A stretch of DNA of 64,000 bases. Source: Alphaproteobacteria bacterium. GTDB taxonomy: Bacteria; Pseudomonadota; Alphaproteobacteria; UBA7887. The notes beneath the pieces were generated by a model. It saw only the letters and a program-made list of their open reading frames with translations, searched no databases and was not told the DNA's origin. A program made the position numbers and the translations under genes. The stretch covers positions 2,880,001 to 2,944,000 of the forward strand of contig CBDCGL010000011.1 of assembly GCA_965216755.1 (NCBI GenBank), in the 5' to 3' direction. Below, piece after piece: positions 18,099-26,811 of the stretch. Each line of letters starts with the position of its first letter. Within the stretch, counting starts at the first letter, position 1.

Positions 18099-18848
18099 AT
18101 GGACTGGGTCGCGAACCCTGAGATATGGGCAAGCCTGCTGAGCCTGACCTTGCTGGAAGTGGTACTGGGCATCGACAATCTGGTGTTTTTGTCGGTCGCC
18201 ACCAGTCGCTTGCCGGATGCGCAACGCCAAGTGGCGCAACGTATCGGCCTATTGCTCGCGCTCGGCATGCGTATCGCCCTGCTGGCCAGCATCGTCTGGC
18301 TGACCGGGCTGACGGCCAATGCGTTCGTCATCTTCGGCCACGAAGTTTCGTGGCGCGATCTGATTTTGCTGGGCGGTGGTCTGTTCTTGCTCGCCAAAGG
18401 GACTTCTGAGATCCACGCGGCGGTCGAAGGTGACGGCCATGGCGAAGGCCGCAAGGGGCAAGCAAGTTTCGCCATGGTCATTGCCCAAATCGTCGTTCTT
18501 GATTTGGTGTTCTCGCTTGACTCCGTGATCACCGCGGTCGGCATGACGCGCTTTCTGCCGGTCATGATCGCGGCGGTGACCATCGCCATCGCCGTGATGA
18601 TGTTCGCCGCCCAACCGGTCAGCGATTTTGTTCACCGCCACCCAACCACCAAGATGTTGGCGCTGAGTTTTCTGTTGCTGGTGGGTGTGGCGCTGATTGC
18701 CGACGGCCTGCATTTCCACATTCCACGCGGCTATCTGTATTTCGCCATCGCCTTCTCGATGTTGGTGGAGGTGCTCAATCTGCTCGCCGCCGGGCGCCGG
18801 AAACGGCGGCGGGAAGCCGCAAGCGGTGCGCCGCCGGCCAATTTGTAA
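18099..18848 (+). CDS. TerC family membrane protein
   Basis: LEVVLGIDNL, DLVFSLDSVITAVG, HIPRGYLYFAIAFS. Confidence 0.93.
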   Translation: MDWVANPEIWASLLSLTLLEVVLGIDNLVFLSVATSRLPDAQRQVAQRIGLLLALGMRIALLASIVWLTGLTANAFVIFGHEVSWRDLILLGGGLFLLAKGTSEIHAAVEGDGHGEGRKGQASFAMVIAQIVVLDLVFSLDSVITAVGMTRFLPVMIAAVTIAIAVMMFAAQPVSDFVHRHPTTKMLALSFLLLVGVALIADGLHFHIPRGYLYFAIAFSMLVEVLNLLAAGRRKRRREAASGAPPANL

Positions 18849-18920
18849 TCGGGAGTCGCGCGGCGAAAATGTAAACATGGGTTATAGGCCGGGCGCGCCG
18901 GGGCGTGCACAGTGACGCAC

Positions 18921-19481
18921 ATGCATCAGATTCGCATTCACGGCCGGGGTGGACAAGGGGTCGTGTCAGCCGCGGAAATGTTGTCGATCGCGGCGTTCGC
19001 AGACGGCGAACATGCCCAGGCCATACCCAGCTTCGGATCGGAACGCATGGGCGCACCGGTGGCCGCGTATGTGCGCATTGACGATCGCGAAATCGAGCTC
19101 CGTGAACCGGTTTTGGAACCGGATATTCTGATCGTCCAAGATCCGACCTTGTTTGCCGCGATCGACGTGTTCGCCGGCTTGCGCGACGACGGCTATGTGC
19201 TCGTCAACAGCATGAAGAGCGCCGAAGAACTGGGCCTGGCCGAAATGGTCGCGAAATTGCCGGCGCGCCATTTCGCCGTGGTGCCCGGGACCAACTTGGC
19301 GATGGAGTTCATCAATCGACCGACGCCGAACACTGTCATGCTCGGCGCCTTTACCGCGCTCACCGATGTGGTCCGCTTGGAGTCGGTGTTTCAGGCTATC
19401 CGGCAGAAATTCCCGGGCGAAATTGGTGAAAGGAATGTGGCGGCGGCGCAAGCCGCGCACGACGCCACGCGTCTTTCATAA
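18921..19481 (+). CDS. 2-oxoacid:acceptor (pyruvate:ferredoxin-type) oxidoreductase gamma subunit
   Basis: IRIHGRGGQGVV, PSFGSERMGAPV, NTVMLGA. Confidence 0.92.
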   Translation: MHQIRIHGRGGQGVVSAAEMLSIAAFADGEHAQAIPSFGSERMGAPVAAYVRIDDREIELREPVLEPDILIVQDPTLFAAIDVFAGLRDDGYVLVNSMKSAEELGLAEMVAKLPARHFAVVPGTNLAMEFINRPTPNTVMLGAFTALTDVVRLESVFQAIRQKFPGEIGERNVAAAQAAHDATRLS

Positions 19482-19509
19482 CCCATGTTGTGCTGAGGAC
19501 GCTGCGTTC

Positions 19510-20766
19510 ATGTTGAAACAAATCGAGGGCGCCCACGCCGTTGCCGAAGCCGTCGCCTGCTGTCGGCCCGAAGTGATCGCGGCGTATCCGATCACGCCGC
19601 AAACACACATCGTCGAGACCCTGGGCACCATGGTGCGCAAGGGTGAGATCGGCCGCTGCGAGTTCCTCAATGTCGAATCCGAATTCGGCGCGATGAGCGT
19701 GTGCATCGGCGCATCGGCCACCGGGGCGCGCACCTATACCGCCACCGCCAGCCAGGGCATGCTGTTCATGATGGAAGCGGTCTACAACGCCTCCGGCATG
19801 GGGCTGCCGATCGTTATGACCGTCGGCAACCGTGCCATCGGTGCGCCGATCAACATTTGGAACGACTGGAGCGATTCGATGGCGGCGCGCGACGCCGGTT
19901 GGATCCAATTGTTCGTGGAAAGTAACCAGCAAGCCGCCGATGTCCATGTGCAGGCGTTTCGCCTGGCCGAAGAAGTGAGTCTGCCGGTAATGGTGTGCAT
20001 GGATGGTTTCATCTTGACCCATGCCTATGAGCGGGTCGACGTGCCGGAACCGGCAGACGTCGATCGTTTTCTGCCGCCGTTCCAGCCGCGCCAAGTGCTT
20101 GACCCGGCGGCGCCGTTGTCGATGGGGGCCATGGTCGGCCCCGAGGCGTTCACCGAGGTCCGCTTTCTCGCCCATTTCAAGCAACTCGAGGCTTTGGCAC
20201 TGATTCCGGAGCATGCCGCCGCCTTCAAAGAGATTTTCGGCCGCGATTCGGGCGGATTGATCAAGAGCCACGACGCCGAAGGGGCGGAGACCGTGGTCAT
20301 TACCATGGGCTCGGTGATCGGCACGATCAAAGAGGTGCTGCGCGACATGCGCGCCGACGGCGTATCCATCGGCGCAGTCACAATTCGCAGTTTTCGCCCG
20401 TTCCCCAGCGCCGCCTTGCGCGCCGCCGTCGCAAACGCCAAACGGGTGATCGTGTTTGAAAAGAGCTTGGCGGTCGGCATTGGCGGCATTCTGGCGACCG
20501 ACGTCCGGACCGCGCTCCACAATCAACCGATCGCCATCCACTCGGCCATCGGCGGCCTTGGCGGTCGGTCGATCACGCGCGAGAATCTGCGCCGTATGTT
20601 CGACAAGGGCGTCAGTGATCAAATGGAAGACCCGCATTTTCACGATGTCCGCATGGATGTCATCCAGCGCCAGTTGGCCCGCGAACGCGACGAGCGGCGG
20701 TCCGGCGCGGCAGCTGAAAACATCCTGCAGGATTTGGGTGTCGTGGCGGCGGCCAAGGCAAACTAG
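19510..20766 (+). CDS. 2-oxoacid:acceptor oxidoreductase alpha subunit
   Basis: AYPITPQTHIVE, VESEFGAM, TATASQG. Confidence 0.93.
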   Translation: MLKQIEGAHAVAEAVACCRPEVIAAYPITPQTHIVETLGTMVRKGEIGRCEFLNVESEFGAMSVCIGASATGARTYTATASQGMLFMMEAVYNASGMGLPIVMTVGNRAIGAPINIWNDWSDSMAARDAGWIQLFVESNQQAADVHVQAFRLAEEVSLPVMVCMDGFILTHAYERVDVPEPADVDRFLPPFQPRQVLDPAAPLSMGAMVGPEAFTEVRFLAHFKQLEALALIPEHAAAFKEIFGRDSGGLIKSHDAEGAETVVITMGSVIGTIKEVLRDMRADGVSIGAVTIRSFRPFPSAALRAAVANAKRVIVFEKSLAVGIGGILATDVRTALHNQPIAIHSAIGGLGGRSITRENLRRMFDKGVSDQMEDPHFHDVRMDVIQRQLARERDERRSGAAAENILQDLGVVAAAKAN

Positions 20767-20781
20767 CAAGGCGTGGCACCA

Positions 20782-21801
20782 ATGGCGCATCACCCGGAAA
20801 GCACGCAAAAAATCAAATTTTACCAAACCGGAACGTTCACGGTTGGCAACCGGTTGCTGATCTCTCAGCATCGGGCGGTGCAAGCCAGCCGCGACCGGTC
20901 GAACTCGCTCGACTCCGGGCACCGGGCATGTCAGGGCTGCGGCGAGGCGCTGGGGGCGCGCTATGCCATCGATGCGGCCATGCGCGCAACCGACAACCAA
21001 CTGATCGCGGTCAACGCCACCGGTTGTTTGGAAGTGTTCACGACACCCTATCCGGAAACCGCTTGGTCGGTGCCGTGGATCCATTCCTTGTTCGGCAACG
21101 CCGCGGCGGTCGGCGCCGGCGTCGCGGCCGCGCTGCGGGCGAAGGGCCGCACCGAGACCCGGGTCGTCGCACAAGGCGGGGACGGCGGCACTTTTGATAT
21201 TGGCATGGGCTGCCTTTCCGGCATGTTCGACCGCAACGATGACGTGCTTTATATTTGTTACAATAATGAAGCTTACATGAACACGGGCGTGCAGCGATCA
21301 AGCGCCACGCCTGGCGGTGCGCGCACCAACACGACCATGCCGGTCGGCCAGGAACCGGGTAACCCATTCCATTCCGGCAAGAGCGTGCCGCTGATTGCCA
21401 TGGCACATAATATACCGTATGTCGCGACGGCATCGGTCCATGACCTTCACGACCTGGAGCATAAGGTCGAAAAAGCGATGGCGATTCATGGTGCCCGATA
21501 CGTCGAAGTGTTTGTGCCATGCCCGTTGGGCTGGGGATCGCAACCGGCCGAGACCATCCATATCGCCCGCTTGGCCGTGGAGACTGGTATCTATCCTTTG
21601 TTCGAAGCGGAGCATGGCGAGGTGACCCATGTTACGAAAATCCGATCACGGCAACCGGTGGCAGCCTACCTGAAACCGCAACGTCGATTCGCGCATGTTT
21701 TCAAGCCAGAAAATGCCGACGAATTGGCGGCGCTGCAAGCCATCGCCGACGCCAACATGCGCAAATTCGGCCTCCTGCCGTCTGAGGACTCGGCGCCATG
21801 A
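20782..21801 (+). CDS. 2-oxoacid:acceptor oxidoreductase beta subunit (TPP-binding)
   Basis: HRACQGCG, ATGCLEV, GGDG...YNNEAYMNTG, PCP. Confidence 0.93.
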   Translation: MAHHPESTQKIKFYQTGTFTVGNRLLISQHRAVQASRDRSNSLDSGHRACQGCGEALGARYAIDAAMRATDNQLIAVNATGCLEVFTTPYPETAWSVPWIHSLFGNAAAVGAGVAAALRAKGRTETRVVAQGGDGGTFDIGMGCLSGMFDRNDDVLYICYNNEAYMNTGVQRSSATPGGARTNTTMPVGQEPGNPFHSGKSVPLIAMAHNIPYVATASVHDLHDLEHKVEKAMAIHGARYVEVFVPCPLGWGSQPAETIHIARLAVETGIYPLFEAEHGEVTHVTKIRSRQPVAAYLKPQRRFAHVFKPENADELAALQAIADANMRKFGLLPSEDSAP

Positions 21802-23453
21802 CGACGGAGAACCGGCCGCAATCTGCGTCGAAACCGTTCGCTATCACCCTTGATGCCGGATCGAGCTTGCTCAACAAAACCGGTAGCTGGCGCACGGAGC
21901 GGCCGGTCTATGTGGATCGCCTGCCGCCGTGCAATCACGCTTGCCCCGCCGGTGAGAATATCCAAGCCTGGCTTTTTCATGCCGAGGAGGGTGATTATCT
22001 GGGCGCGTGGCAAGAAATCATGCGCAACAACCCACTGCCCGCGATCATGGGTCGCGCTTGCTACCATCCCTGCCAAACCGCCTGCAACCGTGTCCAGCTT
22101 GATAGCGCGGTCAATATCCACGCTGTTGAACGTTTTCTGGGTGATCTAGCGATTGAATCGGGTTGGTCGGTCACGGCCGACGGCGCCCCCAGCGGCAAGC
22201 AAGTGCTGGTCATAGGGGCCGGCCCGAGTGGGCTATCGGCCGCCTATCACCTGGCCCGCGCCGGCCATACAGTGACAATTCGCGAAGCCGGGCCGGTGGC
22301 CGGTGGCATGATGCGCTTCGGCATTCCCAAATATCGCTTGCCACGCGACATCGTCGACGCCGAAGTCGCGCGCATAGTGGCGCTCGGTGTCACGTTGAGC
22401 TTGAACGACAAAGTCGACGATATTCCGGCCGCCATGTCCGAGGGCGGCTTTGATGCCTGTTTCGTCGCCATTGGCGCCCATCTCGCCAAACGCGTCGATA
22501 TCCCAACCCCGGACGCGGGGCGGATCTTGGATGCCGCCACCGTGTTGCGCCAGATCGAAACCGGCGATGCACCGCCGCAGCTCGGCCGCCGCGTGGTGGT
22601 CTATGGCGGCGGCAATACCGCCATGGACATGGCGCGCACCGCCAAACGACTGGGCGCCGACGAAACGGTGATCGTCTATCGCCGCACCCGCGCCCAAATG
22701 CCCGCTCATGATTTCGAGGTCGACGAGGCGATCGAGGAAGGCGTGGTGATGAATTGGCTGACCACCATTAAAGAAGCGGGCGACGAAGGCTTTGTGGTCG
22801 AAAAGATGGCGCTTGACGATGATGGCTGGCCGCAGCCGACCGGCGAGTTTGAAACTATCGAAGCCGATACTTTGGTGCTGGCGCTGGGGCAGAACGTCGA
22901 TACCACGATTCTGCGGAATTTGCCCGGCGTGACCATCGACGACGGTGTCGTTCAGGTTGGCCCCGACATGATGACCGGCTATGCGGGCGTGTTTGCCGGC
23001 GGCGACATGGTCCCGTCGGAGCGCACGGTCACGGTCGCGGTCGGCCACGGCAAAAAGGCGGCCCGCCATATCGATGCCTATTTGCGTGGAACGCGCCACG
23101 CGCCACCACCAAAGCACGAGCTGGTCGGTTTCGAACAGCTCAATCCCTGGTACTACTCCGATGCCGCCGCGACCGAACAGCCGATGCTTGATGCCATCCG
23201 CCGGCAAACCACGTTCGAAGAGGTTCAGGGCGGACTCACGGAACGTAACGCGTTGTTCGAAGCCCGTCGTTGCCTGTCGTGCGGCAATTGCTTTGAATGT
23301 GACAATTGCTATGGCATGTGCCCAGACAACGCCATTACCAAGCTCGGCCCCGGCAAGCGCTTTGCGTTCAAATACGATTTCTGCAAGGGCTGTGGAATCT
23401 GTGCCGTCGAATGCCCTTGCGGCGCGATTAAGATGGTACCGGAAGACATCTAA
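21798..23453 (+). CDS. GltD/NfnB-like FAD/NAD(P) oxidoreductase with PFOR-delta-like N-terminus and C-terminal 2x[4Fe-4S] ferredoxin
   Basis: KTGSWRTERP, PCNHACPAG, GRACYHPCQTACNR, IGAGPSG, GGGNTAMD, CFECDNCYGMCP, CKGCGICAVECP. Confidence 0.9.
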   Translation: MTTENRPQSASKPFAITLDAGSSLLNKTGSWRTERPVYVDRLPPCNHACPAGENIQAWLFHAEEGDYLGAWQEIMRNNPLPAIMGRACYHPCQTACNRVQLDSAVNIHAVERFLGDLAIESGWSVTADGAPSGKQVLVIGAGPSGLSAAYHLARAGHTVTIREAGPVAGGMMRFGIPKYRLPRDIVDAEVARIVALGVTLSLNDKVDDIPAAMSEGGFDACFVAIGAHLAKRVDIPTPDAGRILDAATVLRQIETGDAPPQLGRRVVVYGGGNTAMDMARTAKRLGADETVIVYRRTRAQMPAHDFEVDEAIEEGVVMNWLTTIKEAGDEGFVVEKMALDDDGWPQPTGEFETIEADTLVLALGQNVDTTILRNLPGVTIDDGVVQVGPDMMTGYAGVFAGGDMVPSERTVTVAVGHGKKAARHIDAYLRGTRHAPPPKHELVGFEQLNPWYYSDAAATEQPMLDAIRRQTTFEEVQGGLTERNALFEARRCLSCGNCFECDNCYGMCPDNAITKLGPGKRFAFKYDFCKGCGICAVECPCGAIKMVPEDI

Positions 23454-23474
23454 GCGCGCGTACTGCGAAAGGAA

Positions 23475-24191
23475 GTGAAAGTGTCGCCGTCTTTGAACGA
23501 TATTGAAAGCGCGATCCGTGCCGCAGGCTTGACCCCGCGCGGCGCGTTCTATCCCACGGCCGATGACCAAGTACCCGATTTGGCCGACGACCAACCCGCG
23601 CGCACTGTGATCCTGGTTGGCAATGCCGGACCCGCGATGTGGCAAGCCTTTTCGGCGGCGCCCCAATCCGCGCAACATCCGCTCGATCAGTGGTGCGACA
23701 CCGTCATTTCCGATCTGGCGATCGATCTCGGTGCCGAGGCTCTGTTTCCCTTTACGCGCCCGCCGATGCCGTTTCAGCGCTGGGCACGTCGTGCCGAGCC
23801 ATGCTATTCGTCGCCGCTCGGCATTTTGGTTCATCCGCGCCATGGTCTGTGGCACGCATATCGTGGCGCCTTGGCGTTTGCCGCCATTATAGACGTACCG
23901 CAGCCGCGCACGGCCGAGAACCCATGCCACAGTTGCGCTGACAAGCCATGCCTCGACACCTGCCCCGTCGACGCGTTTGATGGAAATGGGTATGACGTGC
24001 CGGCATGTGTCGCCCACGTCGAAACCCGCGCCGGCGCCGATTGTATGACCTATGGCTGCCGGGCCCGGCGCGCTTGTCCGGTCGGCCGAGAGTCGGTTTA
24101 TGACCCGGCCCAAGCCGCGTTTCACATGCGCGCTTTTTTGCGCGCCCGCCAGGCGGCGCGGCGCGCCGAGAATACGGCCAAAGGCGCCTAA
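23475..24191 (+). CDS. CblC/QueG-fold protein with C-terminal [4Fe-4S] cysteine clusters
   Basis: LVGNAGPAMW, VHPRHGLWHAYRGAL, CHSCADKPCLDTCPV, C..C...CRARRACPVG. Confidence 0.7.
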   Translation: MKVSPSLNDIESAIRAAGLTPRGAFYPTADDQVPDLADDQPARTVILVGNAGPAMWQAFSAAPQSAQHPLDQWCDTVISDLAIDLGAEALFPFTRPPMPFQRWARRAEPCYSSPLGILVHPRHGLWHAYRGALAFAAIIDVPQPRTAENPCHSCADKPCLDTCPVDAFDGNGYDVPACVAHVETRAGADCMTYGCRARRACPVGRESVYDPAQAAFHMRAFLRARQAARRAENTAKGA

Positions 24192-24311
24192 CCTGCGTTA
24201 ATGCCTTGTTCGGCGAATCGGCAGTTCTTAAGTGTGGCATAGACCGTTTGGGCGGATCGACAACGCGCTGGCGTAACGGGTCCGAGGTGACGACTAACGG
24301 GGATCGCGGCG

Positions 24312-24950
24312 ATGTCTGTCGATGATATCTACGATGCAGTGTTGGCCTATGACGAAGAGCGGGTCGCCGACCTGGTCAAGGCGGAGCTTGACGCGGGTAC
24401 CGCAGTGAAGGAAATCCTCGACAGCGGCATGGTCGCCGCGCTCGACGATATCGGCGAACAATTCAGCGATGGCACGTTGTTCGTGCCCGAAATGCTGATG
24501 GCCGCCGAAGCCGTGCAAGCCGGGATGGATCTGCTACGCCCGATTCTGGCCCGCACCGGTGCCAAACCGATCGGCACGGTCGTGATCGGCACTGCCAAGG
24601 GCGACCTGCACGACATTGGCAAGAATCTCGTCGGCATGCTGCTTGAGGGCGCCGGCTTCCGGGTGATCGACCTCGGAACCGATGTTGACGTCGAAGACTT
24701 CATAACGACCGCCCAAGGGAACGAGGCGGACATCATTGCCGTATCCGGCTTGTTGACGACCTCGATGGCGGAAATGGAACGCGCCGCGGCAGCCATCCTT
24801 GACGCCAATCGGACGCGCAATTTGAACGTCAAGGTCATGGTCGGTGGGCCGCCGGTGAACAATGACTTCGCAACGCGGATTGGCGCTCATGGCTATGGCG
24901 ACGATGCGCCTGCCGCCGTCGATATGGCAAGGTCTTTGGTTGAGACATAA
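24312..24950 (+). CDS. Corrinoid (B12-binding) protein of a methyltransferase system
   Basis: Cap domain FVPEMLMAA; GDLHDIGKNLV (DxHxxG); SGLLTT; VMVGG. Confidence 0.95.
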   Translation: MSVDDIYDAVLAYDEERVADLVKAELDAGTAVKEILDSGMVAALDDIGEQFSDGTLFVPEMLMAAEAVQAGMDLLRPILARTGAKPIGTVVIGTAKGDLHDIGKNLVGMLLEGAGFRVIDLGTDVDVEDFITTAQGNEADIIAVSGLLTTSMAEMERAAAAILDANRTRNLNVKVMVGGPPVNNDFATRIGAHGYGDDAPAAVDMARSLVET

Positions 24951-24990
24951 AGCGCGCTGAGGTGAGCATGGCGCCACAAGGAATGCGATC

Positions 24991-26148
24991 ATGAGCTGGA
25001 CACATCGGGAACGACTGCTGGCCGCCCTCAATCACGAACAACCCGATCGAGTACCGATCGATTTCGGCAGCGCCGGGCCGACCAGCATCACATTGGATGC
25101 GTACGAAAATCTAAAGGGATTGCTGGGCGTCAGCGCCGAAACCGCGGTGATGTCAAAAATGGCGTCGGTGGCGTGGCCGGATGAATCGATCTTGCAACGC
25201 TTTGCGGTCGACACGCGCGGGGTGCAGCCGGCAGGCTATGGTGGTGGCCGCGAAAAAAATATCGACGAGAACACATTCCTCGACGCGTTCGGCGTCACAT
25301 GGAAACGGACGATCGGCACCGAGGACGTCCATTTCCTGCACGTCGACGGGCCTTTTCACGGCGGCAAGCCTTCGATCGATGCGGTCGAGGCCTTTGACTG
25401 GCCCGATCCCGACAACCCGACGCTGATGGACGGTGTGCGTGAACGCGTGGCGGAAATCAAAGGCTATGGCCAGAACCACGCGCTGGTCCTGCATTTGCCG
25501 GGCGGAGTCATTCACCGCGGCTACGCCATGCGCGGATTTGAGCCTTATCTGAAAGATCTGTACAAGAACCGCGAATTCGTGACCCGGCTTATGGATAAGC
25601 TTGCGGATTTCTGGGTTGGTGTGGCGGAAAATATGATGCGCGCCGTCGGCCCCGAGAATGTCGATGTCGCGTTTTTCGGCGAAGATCTCGGCACCCAAGA
25701 CGGCTGCATGTTCGACCCGGCCATGTATGCGGAACTGATCAAGCCGCGTCACCGGCGGATGGTCGAAACCATCAAAAGCCAGACAGACGCAAAGGTCTGT
25801 TTTCACTGCTGTGGGTCTGCCTACCATTTCATCGACCATTTGATTGATATCGGCGTCGACGCACTGAACCCGGTCCAGGTCAGCGCCAAGGACATGGAGC
25901 CCGAGCGGCTCAAAGAAGCGTTCGGCGACCGTATCGCGTTTTGGGGTGGCATCAACTCGCAGCGGATTCTGCCTTACGGCACACCGGAAGACGTGCGTGC
26001 GGAAACGCAGCATATTATTGACACTCTCGGCGCCGGTGGCGGCTATGTGCTCAACAGCGTTCATAATATCCAGCCGGAAGTGCCACCGGAGAACGTCGTC
26101 GCCATGTTTGATGCCGGCCGCGATCACACTTATCAGCGGGCCGCATGA
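24991..26148 (+). CDS. UroD/MtaA-CmuA family corrinoid methyltransferase (copy 1)
   Basis: RERLLAALNHEQPDRVPID, GEDLGTQ, FHCCG, DALNPVQ, FWGGI, LNSVHNIQ. Confidence 0.85.
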   Translation: MSWTHRERLLAALNHEQPDRVPIDFGSAGPTSITLDAYENLKGLLGVSAETAVMSKMASVAWPDESILQRFAVDTRGVQPAGYGGGREKNIDENTFLDAFGVTWKRTIGTEDVHFLHVDGPFHGGKPSIDAVEAFDWPDPDNPTLMDGVRERVAEIKGYGQNHALVLHLPGGVIHRGYAMRGFEPYLKDLYKNREFVTRLMDKLADFWVGVAENMMRAVGPENVDVAFFGEDLGTQDGCMFDPAMYAELIKPRHRRMVETIKSQTDAKVCFHCCGSAYHFIDHLIDIGVDALNPVQVSAKDMEPERLKEAFGDRIAFWGGINSQRILPYGTPEDVRAETQHIIDTLGAGGGYVLNSVHNIQPEVPPENVVAMFDAGRDHTYQRAA

Positions 26149-26768
26149 CAACGGACAACGGCGGCCCCCGGCCGCGCACGTTGCTGATCAGCTGCGGTGC
26201 TTTGGCCCGCGAAATTGTCATTCTGGTGCGCGAGAACAGGTGGGACAATATGCGGGTACAGTGTCTGCCCGCCCATTTGCACAACACACCGGAGAAGATT
26301 CCGGATTTGGTGCGCGGCCTGATTCAGCAAGCTCGCAAAAACTATGACCAGGTTCTGGTGCTGTACGGCGATTGTGGTACCGGCGGCAAGCTGGATGCGG
26401 TGCTCGATGAAGAACGAGTTGAGCGAATCTATGGCACCCATTGCTACGAGGCCTACGCGGGCCAACACGCGTACGAAGCGTTGATGCGCGCTGAGCCCGG
26501 CAGCTTTTTTTTAACCGATTTTCTCGCGCGCCATTTCGAGCGCCTGATCGTGCGGGGCATGGCGCTGGATCGCTTTCCGAAGCTGCGCGATGTTTACTTC
26601 GGCAACTATAAGAAGGTGGTCTATCTGGCCCAGACAGACGATGAGGCACTGACGGAAAAGGCGCAAGCGGCCGCCGCGACCCTGGACCTCGCATTTGAGC
26701 GGCGCTTCACGGGCCTTGGCGACTATGAGAGGTTCCTTACCGCACGCCAAAACCATGCACCCGATTGA
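26145..26768 (+). CDS. DUF1638 family protein
   Basis: LISCGALARE, LPAHLHN, YGDCGTGG, HCYE, FFLTDFL, YFGNY. Confidence 0.88.
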   Translation: MTTDNGGPRPRTLLISCGALAREIVILVRENRWDNMRVQCLPAHLHNTPEKIPDLVRGLIQQARKNYDQVLVLYGDCGTGGKLDAVLDEERVERIYGTHCYEAYAGQHAYEALMRAEPGSFFLTDFLARHFERLIVRGMALDRFPKLRDVYFGNYKKVVYLAQTDDEALTEKAQAAAATLDLAFERRFTGLGDYERFLTARQNHAPD

Positions 26769-26811
26769 CAGGATGGCGACACCGGAACGCGCGCAAACGG
26801 GCCCCTAGCAA

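Noticed and set aside
21798-23453. Glutamate synthase small subunit (gltD)
   Set aside because: No gltB adjacent; extra delta-like termini and translational coupling to the 2-oxoacid oxidoreductase beta gene.
16865-24125. Long minus-strand ORFs (574, 592, 630 aa) and similar long antisense ORFs elsewhere (27355-28854, 40808-42487, 56158-57588, 58860-60296)
   Set aside because: They lie opposite well-supported genes, have no motifs, and are expected in high-GC DNA.
24192-24311. Cobalamin or SAM riboswitch, or sigma54 promoter, upstream of the corrinoid gene
   Set aside because: No B12-box or GGGAA/GCCACTG core, no SAM-II motif; TGGCAT lacks the GC at the -12 spacing.
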